Source: a candidate division WOR-1 bacterium RIFOXYB2_FULL_46_45
GTDB lineage: Bacteria; Margulisbacteria; WOR-1; XYC2-FULL-46-14
Reading direction: 5' to 3'
Assembly: GCA_001771585.1 (NCBI GenBank)
Contig: MEUE01000001.1
Coordinates: 21,062-85,061 of the forward strand
Length of the DNA: 64,000 bases
In this document: positions 19,908-28,282 of the stretch, piece after piece
Numbering within the stretch: the stretch's first letter is position 1
Layout: each line of letters opens with the position of its first letter
The notes under the pieces: model-generated
What the model was told of the DNA's origin: nothing
The model's input: the letters and a program-made list of their open reading frames with translations, nothing else
The model's database searches: none
Position numbers and translations under genes: made by a program

Positions 19908-21323
19908 ATGAGCATAATTGTAAATAGATATGGTTTGCCTAAAAGGGAAATAGCTCACCTAATATTTTCAAACGAGTCAAATAAAGCAGACGATTCACTT
20001 ATACAACGGATAGTTATGCCTTTTCATCAAAATGGAACTTTTTTTATTGGAGAAAGAGCAAACAATCCTCCTTATATTCGAGGTGAAAAGAATGAAGGAT
20101 TTCTTCCTTGGGCTAGAGAAGTGACTCTTCAGGACCTAGAGCTATTAGAAATGAGTAAAGAGTTGTCTGGAATAAGTCTTTCCGAAGGAGATAGGGTATT
20201 AGTTGCCGATGCAGTTGCTAATTCTCTTACTTACTCAGATGTTGATGGCGTTCCAATTGCAGATAAAATACCTAATCAAAACTATATTGATTATGTAAGA
20301 AGATCAATAGGCTTATTATTATTTAATGATGTTAATAAGGAGTTTGATTCTGAAAAAGAGTATAACTCTCTAGGGAGAGCGGTCGTTTTATCTGTTGTAG
20401 AAAAACTAGAAAAAGAGAAACTAGAAAATCTTATGGTTTATGCAATTCTTGCCGGAGTAATTGGACTCGATATTAAATGTTCTTTTTGTGCTGCTTCAAC
20501 TTTTGATAGAAAAGGGTCTATTTGGTTAGGATGCTATGACTCTCATGATTCCGCTGTAGAGGGAGTAATTCTTGATTTAAGAAGAAGGATATCGCAATTT
20601 GATACACTTTTGTTTGACTGGAATAAATATCATTCATTGGTTTTAGAAAATCCTTGTATGCTAACTTTTTTCCCTGATGATATTCCAGAAACAATATTTG
20701 ATCTGTATCAATTACAAAAGCAAATGCTTTTTAATCCGCAACTTAGAGTACAGGTGATACCAAGAGGAGGTAGATTTCATAATGATGCCTCTTTTGAAGA
20801 TACTATGGGCCTACTTGATGAACCAATATTTTCAGATCTCGGAAGATTTATGAATGAGGGGCGTCTAGTTGTTTCTCCTCATGGCCCTAAAAATGGAGGG
20901 CTTGATTTAACCAAATTATCAAGAGAGGCAGCAGAGCTCGTCCTTGCTTCAGATGTATTGTATATAAAAGGTTCGCGTTCCTATGAGTTGGCGGCAACCG
21001 GGATCAGAATTCCGACATTTTTTGCACAAACAGTTTCAAGAGAGTTTTCAGAATCAGTTATTGGTGTTGATGCAAATAAAATGTTACCAGCTTTACAATA
21101 TGTACATGCTTTTCCTGGATTTTGGGGTTTTAGAAACAGAAATAATAACGAAGGATGGACTTCTGATATGACGGCAATTCAAAGTTCTCGTTTTATTCAG
21201 TCAGCACCCTTTGCTCGTTATGCTGATCAATATGGAGGAGTGGATGCGCTATCTCTTAGGATAATGGATAGATCTATCCAAGAAGGGATTCCACCACATT
21301 TAATAGAATTATGCATTTTGTAA
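19908..21323 (+). CDS. Hypothetical protein, possibly a DUF89/ARMT1-like damage-control phosphatase
   Basis: FFPDDIPETIFDL resembles the DUF89 DNAGE-x-FD metal motif, and VLYIKGSRSYE resembles the KGxxNYE motif. The gene has strongly lower GC and different codon usage from its neighbours. Confidence 0.3.
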   Translation: MSIIVNRYGLPKREIAHLIFSNESNKADDSLIQRIVMPFHQNGTFFIGERANNPPYIRGEKNEGFLPWAREVTLQDLELLEMSKELSGISLSEGDRVLVADAVANSLTYSDVDGVPIADKIPNQNYIDYVRRSIGLLLFNDVNKEFDSEKEYNSLGRAVVLSVVEKLEKEKLENLMVYAILAGVIGLDIKCSFCAASTFDRKGSIWLGCYDSHDSAVEGVILDLRRRISQFDTLLFDWNKYHSLVLENPCMLTFFPDDIPETIFDLYQLQKQMLFNPQLRVQVIPRGGRFHNDASFEDTMGLLDEPIFSDLGRFMNEGRLVVSPHGPKNGGLDLTKLSREAAELVLASDVLYIKGSRSYELAATGIRIPTFFAQTVSREFSESVIGVDANKMLPALQYVHAFPGFWGFRNRNNNEGWTSDMTAIQSSRFIQSAPFARYADQYGGVDALSLRIMDRSIQEGIPPHLIELCIL

Positions 21324-22306
21324 AAGGAACAGCATCATTATATAGGCCAATATTGTTATCATTGATTAGGTCAAGATCTCTTTCTGGATTGCCTTTATAT
21401 GTCGATGTTCATCCTACAACAAGGTGTAACTTGGAATGCCGCTGGTGTGTTAACAAAACAAATAAAGATACCGCGGCTTCGGAAACAATGAATGATGTTA
21501 ATATTCCTATGTATTTAACTAAGCTATTGGAGCCTCGTCCCAATAGTCCTTCCTATTCTCCCAAAAGAATTCATTTTTGTGGCGGAGAACCATTATTAAG
21601 ACGATCCGTTGTATTAGCCGGAATACGTTTTCTTGAAGGAAAAGATATTGCTGTCTCTCTTGTAACCAATGGAACATTATTAATCCAGGAAGTTAGACTG
21701 GCTGTTTTGGGCGTTGAATCCCTACAGGTTAGCATAGATGCTCAGGACCGCGAAACTTACGCCAGATTAAAAAGGGGAGATTATTTTGAGCAGGTTCTAA
21801 GAAACTTAGAAGCTTTAGCTAATTTAAGATCTAAGTCAAATTCATCTTTGCGTCTCGTAGTTAATTACGTTTTGTGCAGAGATAATATAAATGCCCTTCA
21901 TCCCTTTTTAACGCGGCTTTCAAATATTGGAGTTGATAAAATACAATTTAGAACCGATTTGACTGCTGATTTAGAAACTCAAAGAGCTTTACTTCAGGAA
22001 GTAATTGGCCTAAAGTATGAAGCTCCATTATCGGTAATAATTAAGTCTCCCGACACTCCAGTTACTAGAGATTCTTTTGACAATTGCTTGGCCCGTTTTA
22101 TTTGGATTGTTTTGGGATCGGATTTATCTATTTATCCTTGTGCCCATACGGTAGCCAGAGGTTTTCAAATGGGAAGTTTAATTGACTCTAATCTTTTTGA
22201 AGTTTTAGAAAAAAACATTAAATCCCCAAACCCCAATTGTTTGAGGATTTGTCCCTCTACTTGTGGAAATATCAATCTCCTAGGGCAGGAGATTTTAGAT
22301 CAATAA
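21311..22306 (+). CDS. Radical SAM enzyme with a C-terminal SPASM/twitch-like Cys cluster
   Basis: The CxxxCxxC motif is TTRCNLECRWC, with GGEPLL present. The C-terminal cysteines are CAHT...NCLRICPSTCGN. It overlaps the preceding gene by 13 nt and lies in the same low-GC segment. Confidence 0.75.
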   Translation: MHFVKGTASLYRPILLSLIRSRSLSGLPLYVDVHPTTRCNLECRWCVNKTNKDTAASETMNDVNIPMYLTKLLEPRPNSPSYSPKRIHFCGGEPLLRRSVVLAGIRFLEGKDIAVSLVTNGTLLIQEVRLAVLGVESLQVSIDAQDRETYARLKRGDYFEQVLRNLEALANLRSKSNSSLRLVVNYVLCRDNINALHPFLTRLSNIGVDKIQFRTDLTADLETQRALLQEVIGLKYEAPLSVIIKSPDTPVTRDSFDNCLARFIWIVLGSDLSIYPCAHTVARGFQMGSLIDSNLFEVLEKNIKSPNPNCLRICPSTCGNINLLGQEILDQ

Positions 22307-23508
22307 AACTCCACCGCGTCTTTCATTGCAAGGAGCTGGTTATCCGCAGGAATAAAGGCGCCGCCTTTGACTTCCAATAAGTTGTTCGCGACGATTTTAT
22401 CCGCCTGAAGGCCGGGATAGGTCCCAAACTTTGAATCCCGGATAAATCCAAAGATCGCATCTCCGAATCTTAAACCCAGCAGGCGGTCGGCAACATGGGC
22501 CACTCCGCCGCGGATGGCGTGGCCGCAGTTCTGCAGGCGGTATTCAATCCCTTTAGTATGTTTTTCCAATAGGGCATAAATATATTCCCCAATTCCACCC
22601 AGTTGCTCATTTCCAAAAGAATCGAGTTTCTTGGGTAACGCGTGCCGGGCTTTGATCATGGCGTATTTTGGGTCGGCTAAAACATCGTCCAATAACTTTT
22701 GGTTGCTGTCGTTAATTTCTTTTGGGTAACTCTTGTCAAAGAGGCGGGATCCTTCAGACGTTACCACGACACAATAATTCTGATAGGCCATCGCCTTTTC
22801 AACCTTTTTGATAACCTGGCGCATGTCAACCGTTTCTTCCGGAAGAAGGACAATATCTGCTCCTCCGGCAATTCCGGCATGAAGCGCGACCCAGCCGGCA
22901 TGCCGTCCCATTAGTTCTATGACAAAACAGCGGTTGTGGGAGCGGACGGTCGTCATAATATTCTCAATAAAATGGACCGATTCGATCACCGCCGACTCAA
23001 AACCATACGTCCTCTCGGTGCCAAAAACATCGTTATCCATGGTTTTGGGAGCCCCAAGCATCGGGAAAGAAAATTGTTTCCCCAGTTTTCCGGCGGCGCC
23101 AAGGGTATCATCTCCGCCTAAAACAACCAAACAATCAATCCCAAGCTTCTTTAGATTTTCCATCGCCTTTTCGGGGGCTTTCGCTTCAATATTTGCCTTT
23201 GAAAAGAGATTGGTGCGGGAGGATTTGATGATTGTCCCGGAAACCTTATAGCTGTCTTTTAAATCTTCGGTTTTTAATGGACGAAGGATTTTATCCTTTT
23301 CGGTATCGGGATTTCTGGTTAGTGCTTTCCATCCTTCCAGCAGGCCGATTAACTCCATCTTTTCATCGGCCGGAAGCGACTGGTTTGCCTGATTGATCCT
23401 GCGCAGTAGTCCGTAGATTACGGCATTGTGTCCGGCGCAATCCCCGCCGCCGGTTAGGATTCCGATTCTTTTGATGTTAATTTCTTTTCCCTGAAACTTG
23501 ACTCTCAT
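22300..23508 (-). CDS. pfp: Pyrophosphate-dependent phosphofructokinase (PFK-A family, PPi type)
   Basis: GGDDT has Asp replacing the ATP-specific Gly, and PKTMDND has Lys replacing Gly. Both are established PPi-PFK signatures. The protein is 402 aa. Confidence 0.8.
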   Translation of the reverse strand: MRVKFQGKEINIKRIGILTGGGDCAGHNAVIYGLLRRINQANQSLPADEKMELIGLLEGWKALTRNPDTEKDKILRPLKTEDLKDSYKVSGTIIKSSRTNLFSKANIEAKAPEKAMENLKKLGIDCLVVLGGDDTLGAAGKLGKQFSFPMLGAPKTMDNDVFGTERTYGFESAVIESVHFIENIMTTVRSHNRCFVIELMGRHAGWVALHAGIAGGADIVLLPEETVDMRQVIKKVEKAMAYQNYCVVVTSEGSRLFDKSYPKEINDSNQKLLDDVLADPKYAMIKARHALPKKLDSFGNEQLGGIGEYIYALLEKHTKGIEYRLQNCGHAIRGGVAHVADRLLGLRFGDAIFGFIRDSKFGTYPGLQADKIVANNLLEVKGGAFIPADNQLLAMKDAVEFY

Positions 23509-23512
23509 CTTG

Positions 23513-24487
23513 TTACGCCCTCCCTGCCGATCCTAAAACATTTTGATTTTTATGGACAAGAAGTTTCTTTAATTCATCGCGGGCAGGCCCAAGATATTTC
23601 CTGGGGTCAAACTCGGCCGGCTTTTCCGCAAAAACTTTCCTGATAACTCCGGTGACGACTAATCTTCCGTCGGAATCGATATTGATTTTGCAGACGGCCG
23701 ATTTTGCCGCTTCGCGCAGCTGTTCTTCGGGAACTCCGACTGCTCCCTTCATCGCCCCGCCGAATTTATTGACCATCTCAACATATTCCTGCGGAACAGA
23801 AGATGCTCCGTGAAGAACAATCGGGAAACCGGGCAGTTTTTTTTCAATTTCTTTTAAGATGTCAAAACGGAGCGGGGGGACCGGTTGTCCGGGCTTAAAC
23901 TTATAAGCTCCGTGAGATGTTCCAATTGATATTGCCAAAGAATCAACACCGGTTCTTTTTACAAAATCCTCAACCTGCTTGGGATCGGTATAAGTATGTT
24001 GTTCGGCTTTAACGTCATCTTCAATTCCGGCCAAAACTCCAAGCTCACCTTCAACCGTTACATCAAAAGGGTGGGCGAATTCAACCACCTTTTTGGTTAA
24101 AGCGATGTTTTCTTCGTAAGGATGGGCGGAGCCGTCGATCATGACGGAAGAAAATCCTGTCTCGATACAAGATTTGCACAATTCAAAGGTGTCTCCGTGG
24201 TCTAGGTGAAGGCAGATTGGAATATTGCTCTTCAGGTCGTTTCTGACCATTTGAACCGCGCCTTCAGCCATATAACGGAGCAGGGTCTGGTTGGCATACT
24301 TTCTGGCACCGGATGATACCTGGATAATTACCGGTGATCCGCTCTCCGCGCAGGCGCCGACAATTGCCTGCAGCTGTTCCATATTATTAAAGTTGTATGC
24401 CGGAATTGCATACTTCCCCTCCATTGCCTTTTTGAACATTTCCCTGGTATTTACGAGTCCGAGTTTCTTGTATAACGCTTCTGACAT
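23513..24487 (-). CDS. fba: Fructose-bisphosphate aldolase, class II
   Basis: The class II motif HLDHGDTFE is present, with the Zn-ligand His residues. Confidence 0.88.
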   Translation of the reverse strand: MSEALYKKLGLVNTREMFKKAMEGKYAIPAYNFNNMEQLQAIVGACAESGSPVIIQVSSGARKYANQTLLRYMAEGAVQMVRNDLKSNIPICLHLDHGDTFELCKSCIETGFSSVMIDGSAHPYEENIALTKKVVEFAHPFDVTVEGELGVLAGIEDDVKAEQHTYTDPKQVEDFVKRTGVDSLAISIGTSHGAYKFKPGQPVPPLRFDILKEIEKKLPGFPIVLHGASSVPQEYVEMVNKFGGAMKGAVGVPEEQLREAAKSAVCKINIDSDGRLVVTGVIRKVFAEKPAEFDPRKYLGPARDELKKLLVHKNQNVLGSAGRA

Positions 24488-24505
24488 TTTTGAATCCTCC
24501 TTTTT

Positions 24506-25243
24506 TTAATATTTTACTATTGCCGCAAAATCTTCTGCTTTAAGGGAGGCGCCGCCGATTAGTCCGCCGTCAATATCCTCTTTGGCCATCAGTTCTTTAA
24601 CATTTCCCGGATTCATCGATCCGCCGTATAAAATACGGACGGTATCTTTAACTTCCGCGGGAAGCAGTCCGCGAATGAAAGCGTGGACTTCTTCAGCTTG
24701 TTCCGGAGAGGCGGTTTTTCCTGTTCCAATCGCCCACACAGGTTCATAGGCAATAGTCGTTAGTAGTAATTCGTCAGTTGTTAGTCCGTTGATTCCACCC
24801 TTAAGTTGAGTTTCAACCACTTTCTTTGTTACATCTTTTTCTCTCTCTTCAAGTGTCTCGCCAACACAAATGATCGGAAGCAGTCTATATTTTAAGGCCG
24901 CCTTTACTCTTTTGTTTACCGTTTCGTCGGTCTCGCCAAAATACTGCCTTCGCTCGGAATGACCGATGATTACGTATTTGCATCCTGCGGCTTTGAGCAT
25001 TGGTCCGGAGACTTCTCCGGTATATGCCCCTTTCTCTTCCCAAAAAATATTCTGGGCTCCGAGCATTATATTGGTTCCGGCTATCGCATCCGCAACCGGT
25101 TTTAAGGCGGGGTAGGTGGGACAAACTAAAATCTCTCTATCGTCGACTCCTTTCACTTTTTCCGCCAATTCGGATACCAAAGCAACCGACTCGTCAATCG
25201 TCTTGTTCATTTTCCAGTTTCCGGCCAACAAAGGTTTGCGCAT
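24506..25243 (-). CDS. tpiA: Triosephosphate isomerase
   Basis: AGNWKMNKT, IIGHSERR and AYEPVWAIGTG are TIM signatures. Confidence 0.95.
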   Translation of the reverse strand: MRKPLLAGNWKMNKTIDESVALVSELAEKVKGVDDREILVCPTYPALKPVADAIAGTNIMLGAQNIFWEEKGAYTGEVSGPMLKAAGCKYVIIGHSERRQYFGETDETVNKRVKAALKYRLLPIICVGETLEEREKDVTKKVVETQLKGGINGLTTDELLLTTIAYEPVWAIGTGKTASPEQAEEVHAFIRGLLPAEVKDTVRILYGGSMNPGNVKELMAKEDIDGGLIGGASLKAEDFAAIVKY

Positions 25244-25645
25244 TTATAAAACTCCTTTTCTATTTTTTAAAGATGATCCTCACCATCAACTCCTCTCCCT
25301 GAGAAAGAGGAAAATCCCGAGCGGAGTCAAGGGACGGAACTTTTATTATAGCAAATAATTTATAATATGTAAGCAGAATATCAGAATATACGGCTTACGC
25401 GCGCAAGATTTTCACTATAAATCCCGATATATAGATTGATGAAGATTAAGCCAATATTCTATCGGGTAAAGATAGAATGATCCTAGAGCGGGTACAAAAT
25501 TTAATTAAATAAAGTGGTGATGGTCGGGATATGTTTTTACTTTCCCGTCGCAGATATAAAAAAAGGTATTTAAAAAAAATATTGCATGAAATGATGATTT
25601 TAAAACGATAAGTATTTAGGACACTTCCAAAGAGGAGGAAAAGAA

Positions 25646-26920
25646 ATGATAGCAATTAGACCTGGCCATGCCGCAATTCAACCTAAAGCCATACAAGTAC
25701 TACCAAAAGGATCGGTGGATTTTTCTACTGTTCGGTCTCATGCTTTGATGGTGGGGAGTACAAGTTTTTCGCTTAGCAAGTTTAGACGTGGGGGGAGCGA
25801 TATTGCAATAAGCATTGGCGAATTAGAACTTGGGAAAATAGGAATGAACCAATCGATCGCTTTAGTTTATGGCGGGGTTGATTATGTCTTTTCCAGGAAA
25901 ACCTGCGCCGAACTTGATACTGTTTCTGTTGCTGCTTTGGATCTGCCTTCTGACATAGAGCCATATTATCATTCCATGAATATGGCTCTAGAAAGGATGG
26001 AAGCTGAAGGATTCGAAGAAGATGGTCCGATTATAAAAAGACCCGCTATAACCAGGCAAGTACAAGTTGATTCTTCTGATGTCAAATGCATGGGAGATCC
26101 GGGATATTTAATAGAAATTAATCCTGGAGTAAAAACAGTATTTATCGGAGATCTTCACGCGAATGCTAAAAATTTATTAAGCGCCGTAAACGCCCACGAA
26201 AAAGAATTGGCTGAAGAAAAGGTTGTTATTGTGGTTATGGGGGATGCTATCCATCCCCAAACCGGCAACTTGGAAGAAATGGATTCTTCAATTGAAATGA
26301 TCAGGATTATTTGCGACCTAAAAGCAAAGTACGGGGATTGTTTTCATTATATATTGGGGGATCATGAAACCTTGGAACCCGGATTCATGACAAAGAGAAA
26401 TATTGACCAGCCGGATCTTTTTGTGAAAGCGGTAGTTAGAAAACTCGGTAATGCGTATGTCAGAAAGATCGATGCTTTATGGAAAGGCTGTCCATATGCG
26501 GTACTTATACCTGGAATTGCTTTTGCGGCACATAATGCTGTTGTGGAAAACTTGAACGGTATAGATGATATTATTCACGCGGGACTTCCCGGAAGCGAGA
26601 GGGTGGCCTTGACCTTATTGAGCTTCAGGCCAGAAGCAGTTGATTTGAAAAGCGGTAATACTTATCCCCCCCAAGCCTCGGAAAGGATGAAACAACTTTT
26701 AAAAGTAAAAAACCTGATTTCTGCCCACACCTCGGATCCGGAGGGTAAAAGTTCAATTGTAACTTTTGGGCAAATGCCCGGCCATTATTTCCTTCAAGGA
26801 TGGGGAAGCCCCGAATTCTTGCCGTTTCAGGTTATGGAGGTTGGGGAAGACGGGAATTTGCTCCCAATATTTATTAGTCCTGATGGAGAAAAAAGCCTCG
26901 GACAAGTGAGGAATATATGA
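25646..26920 (+). CDS. Two-domain protein with an unknown ~150-aa N-terminal domain and a calcineurin-like metallophosphoesterase domain (divergent PPP motifs)
   Basis: GDLHA, GDAIH and GDHE occur at PPP-like spacings (~31 and ~39 aa), resembling GDxHG / GDxxDRG / GNHE. A strong SD AGAGGAGG lies upstream. GC is lower than in the flanking genes. Confidence 0.45.
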   Translation: MIAIRPGHAAIQPKAIQVLPKGSVDFSTVRSHALMVGSTSFSLSKFRRGGSDIAISIGELELGKIGMNQSIALVYGGVDYVFSRKTCAELDTVSVAALDLPSDIEPYYHSMNMALERMEAEGFEEDGPIIKRPAITRQVQVDSSDVKCMGDPGYLIEINPGVKTVFIGDLHANAKNLLSAVNAHEKELAEEKVVIVVMGDAIHPQTGNLEEMDSSIEMIRIICDLKAKYGDCFHYILGDHETLEPGFMTKRNIDQPDLFVKAVVRKLGNAYVRKIDALWKGCPYAVLIPGIAFAAHNAVVENLNGIDDIIHAGLPGSERVALTLLSFRPEAVDLKSGNTYPPQASERMKQLLKVKNLISAHTSDPEGKSSIVTFGQMPGHYFLQGWGSPEFLPFQVMEVGEDGNLLPIFISPDGEKSLGQVRNI

Positions 26921-27513
26921 GCGACTGGCAGTGTAATTTTAAACCGACGGCACAAAAATATTATACATTAAAACCCGAGGATAAGCTGTGTGTAAATACC
27001 GATCCAAACAAGCATTATCGAATCGAGGTTAAAAGCAGGGACGATGCCGAATTAAAGCTTCGTGAATTAGCAAAAAAAGCATTAACTGAAGAGTCTTGGA
27101 TATATATTGAAGTTAAATTAAAGAATGGAAAAATTGCCAGGTTTTTGTGCGAAGACGGGGTTAATGAAGAAAAAGGAGCGATCGGCGAAGTCAACATAAA
27201 AGTTCTAGACGAAATTTTGAAATTAGGACAGATTCTTGAAATAGGGGATTATCACATCCACCCAACAGATTCCCTAAAAAGTGTAAGTAGTCTTGGATTG
27301 CCAGTGTTTGATTTGACATCTCCCGCTGATTTAGAAAGTGCGAACACAAGGAAAGAATATCTTGCTCGACAAGGATTTAAAGATATTCCTTATGATTCAA
27401 GATCGGTATCAGAAAAAAAAGTAATTATTGTCATTCCTCCCAAGGAAGAAGCTGGAGAATTTCCATTTTCTTTCATTTCTTCTATCCCAAAAATTATTTA
27501 TAGAAAGTTTTGA
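26917..27513 (+). CDS. Hypothetical protein (198 aa), translationally coupled to the upstream phosphatase-like gene
   Basis: The ATGA overlap couples it to the upstream gene. It contains EIGDYHIHPTDSLKS, which is His-rich but not a clean JAMM motif. No recognisable family was found. Confidence 0.35.
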   Translation: MSDWQCNFKPTAQKYYTLKPEDKLCVNTDPNKHYRIEVKSRDDAELKLRELAKKALTEESWIYIEVKLKNGKIARFLCEDGVNEEKGAIGEVNIKVLDEILKLGQILEIGDYHIHPTDSLKSVSSLGLPVFDLTSPADLESANTRKEYLARQGFKDIPYDSRSVSEKKVIIVIPPKEEAGEFPFSFISSIPKIIYRKF

Positions 27514-27607
27514 TGTGGTTATTTTAATGAATTTAGAATAGGGAAAGACAATTCATACAAGCTTTTTTAATGCAAGTTTGTTTAACATCATTGCGATATA
27601 ATAATGT

Positions 27608-28246
27608 ATGACACACGTCTTTAATATTGACCAGATTAAGCCAATTAATCGTCATCGGCCAATAGAAATTGACAACGAGAGCAGAGCTTTATCTGAAGAG
27701 TTAAAAGGTCTAAAGTATATTCCTCATCAGGAAATTCAATCAGTTGGACCACAAGTAGTAGTTCTACCCCAAAAGCCTGAGGCAGCTGGTGTTCAAAATG
27801 TAAGGACAACAGAGCACGCTGGGGGCGGGGATTGTGATGATCTGGCCCTAAAAGCTGCTTACGAAAGAAACAAAACAGCGCCAAGGCACATTGAATATGG
27901 GGTAATATCCGGATATTCTGAAAAAGTTCCTGGCAAAAAATACGATGGGCATGCCGTTATGGCAAAATTCAATAAGAGGGAGCGAAAATTTTATTTATAC
28001 GAGGTTGCGGATCCTGCCAATCCTCACCTTATTGGCAGTTTTTCGGCAAAACAAATACCCTCAAAGAGCATTCCGCAACTCAAAACCGGTGAATTTGTTA
28101 GGAATGTTTATTTTGGTGTTACAAAAGATGGAAAACCTGATTTTACAAAGAAGAGATATTTTGTTCCTGCTCCAAAGGATATTCTAAAACCATTATTTAG
28201 GCAGATAGAATTCCCAACTCTGAAACCTGAAAATCAATTGGGTTAA
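27608..28246 (+). CDS. Small transglutaminase-like cysteine peptidase family protein
   Basis: A Cys-His-Asp triad is at TGase-core-like spacing: GGGDCDDLA (C76), DGHAVMA (H115) and YEVADPANP (D135), resembling GxCxxFA / GHAW / DPT. Confidence 0.4.
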   Translation: MTHVFNIDQIKPINRHRPIEIDNESRALSEELKGLKYIPHQEIQSVGPQVVVLPQKPEAAGVQNVRTTEHAGGGDCDDLALKAAYERNKTAPRHIEYGVISGYSEKVPGKKYDGHAVMAKFNKRERKFYLYEVADPANPHLIGSFSAKQIPSKSIPQLKTGEFVRNVYFGVTKDGKPDFTKKRYFVPAPKDILKPLFRQIEFPTLKPENQLG

Positions 28247-28282
28247 CCCAAATCCAAACTTCGATTATGTTATAATCAAATC

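Noticed and set aside
25446-25655. 69-aa minus-strand ORF in the tpiA / phosphatase-cassette intergenic region
   Set aside because: It is AT-rich and low-complexity (LSFLFLLFGSVLNTY...), has no RBS, and overlaps the likely promoter and SD of the plus-strand cassette.
26917-27513. JAMM/MPN metalloprotease assignment for the 198-aa middle gene of the cassette (EIGDYHIHPTDSLKS)
   Set aside because: The HxH element is present, but the downstream Ser/Asp spacing does not fit E-x(n)-H-x-H-x7-S-x2-D. The call is left as hypothetical.
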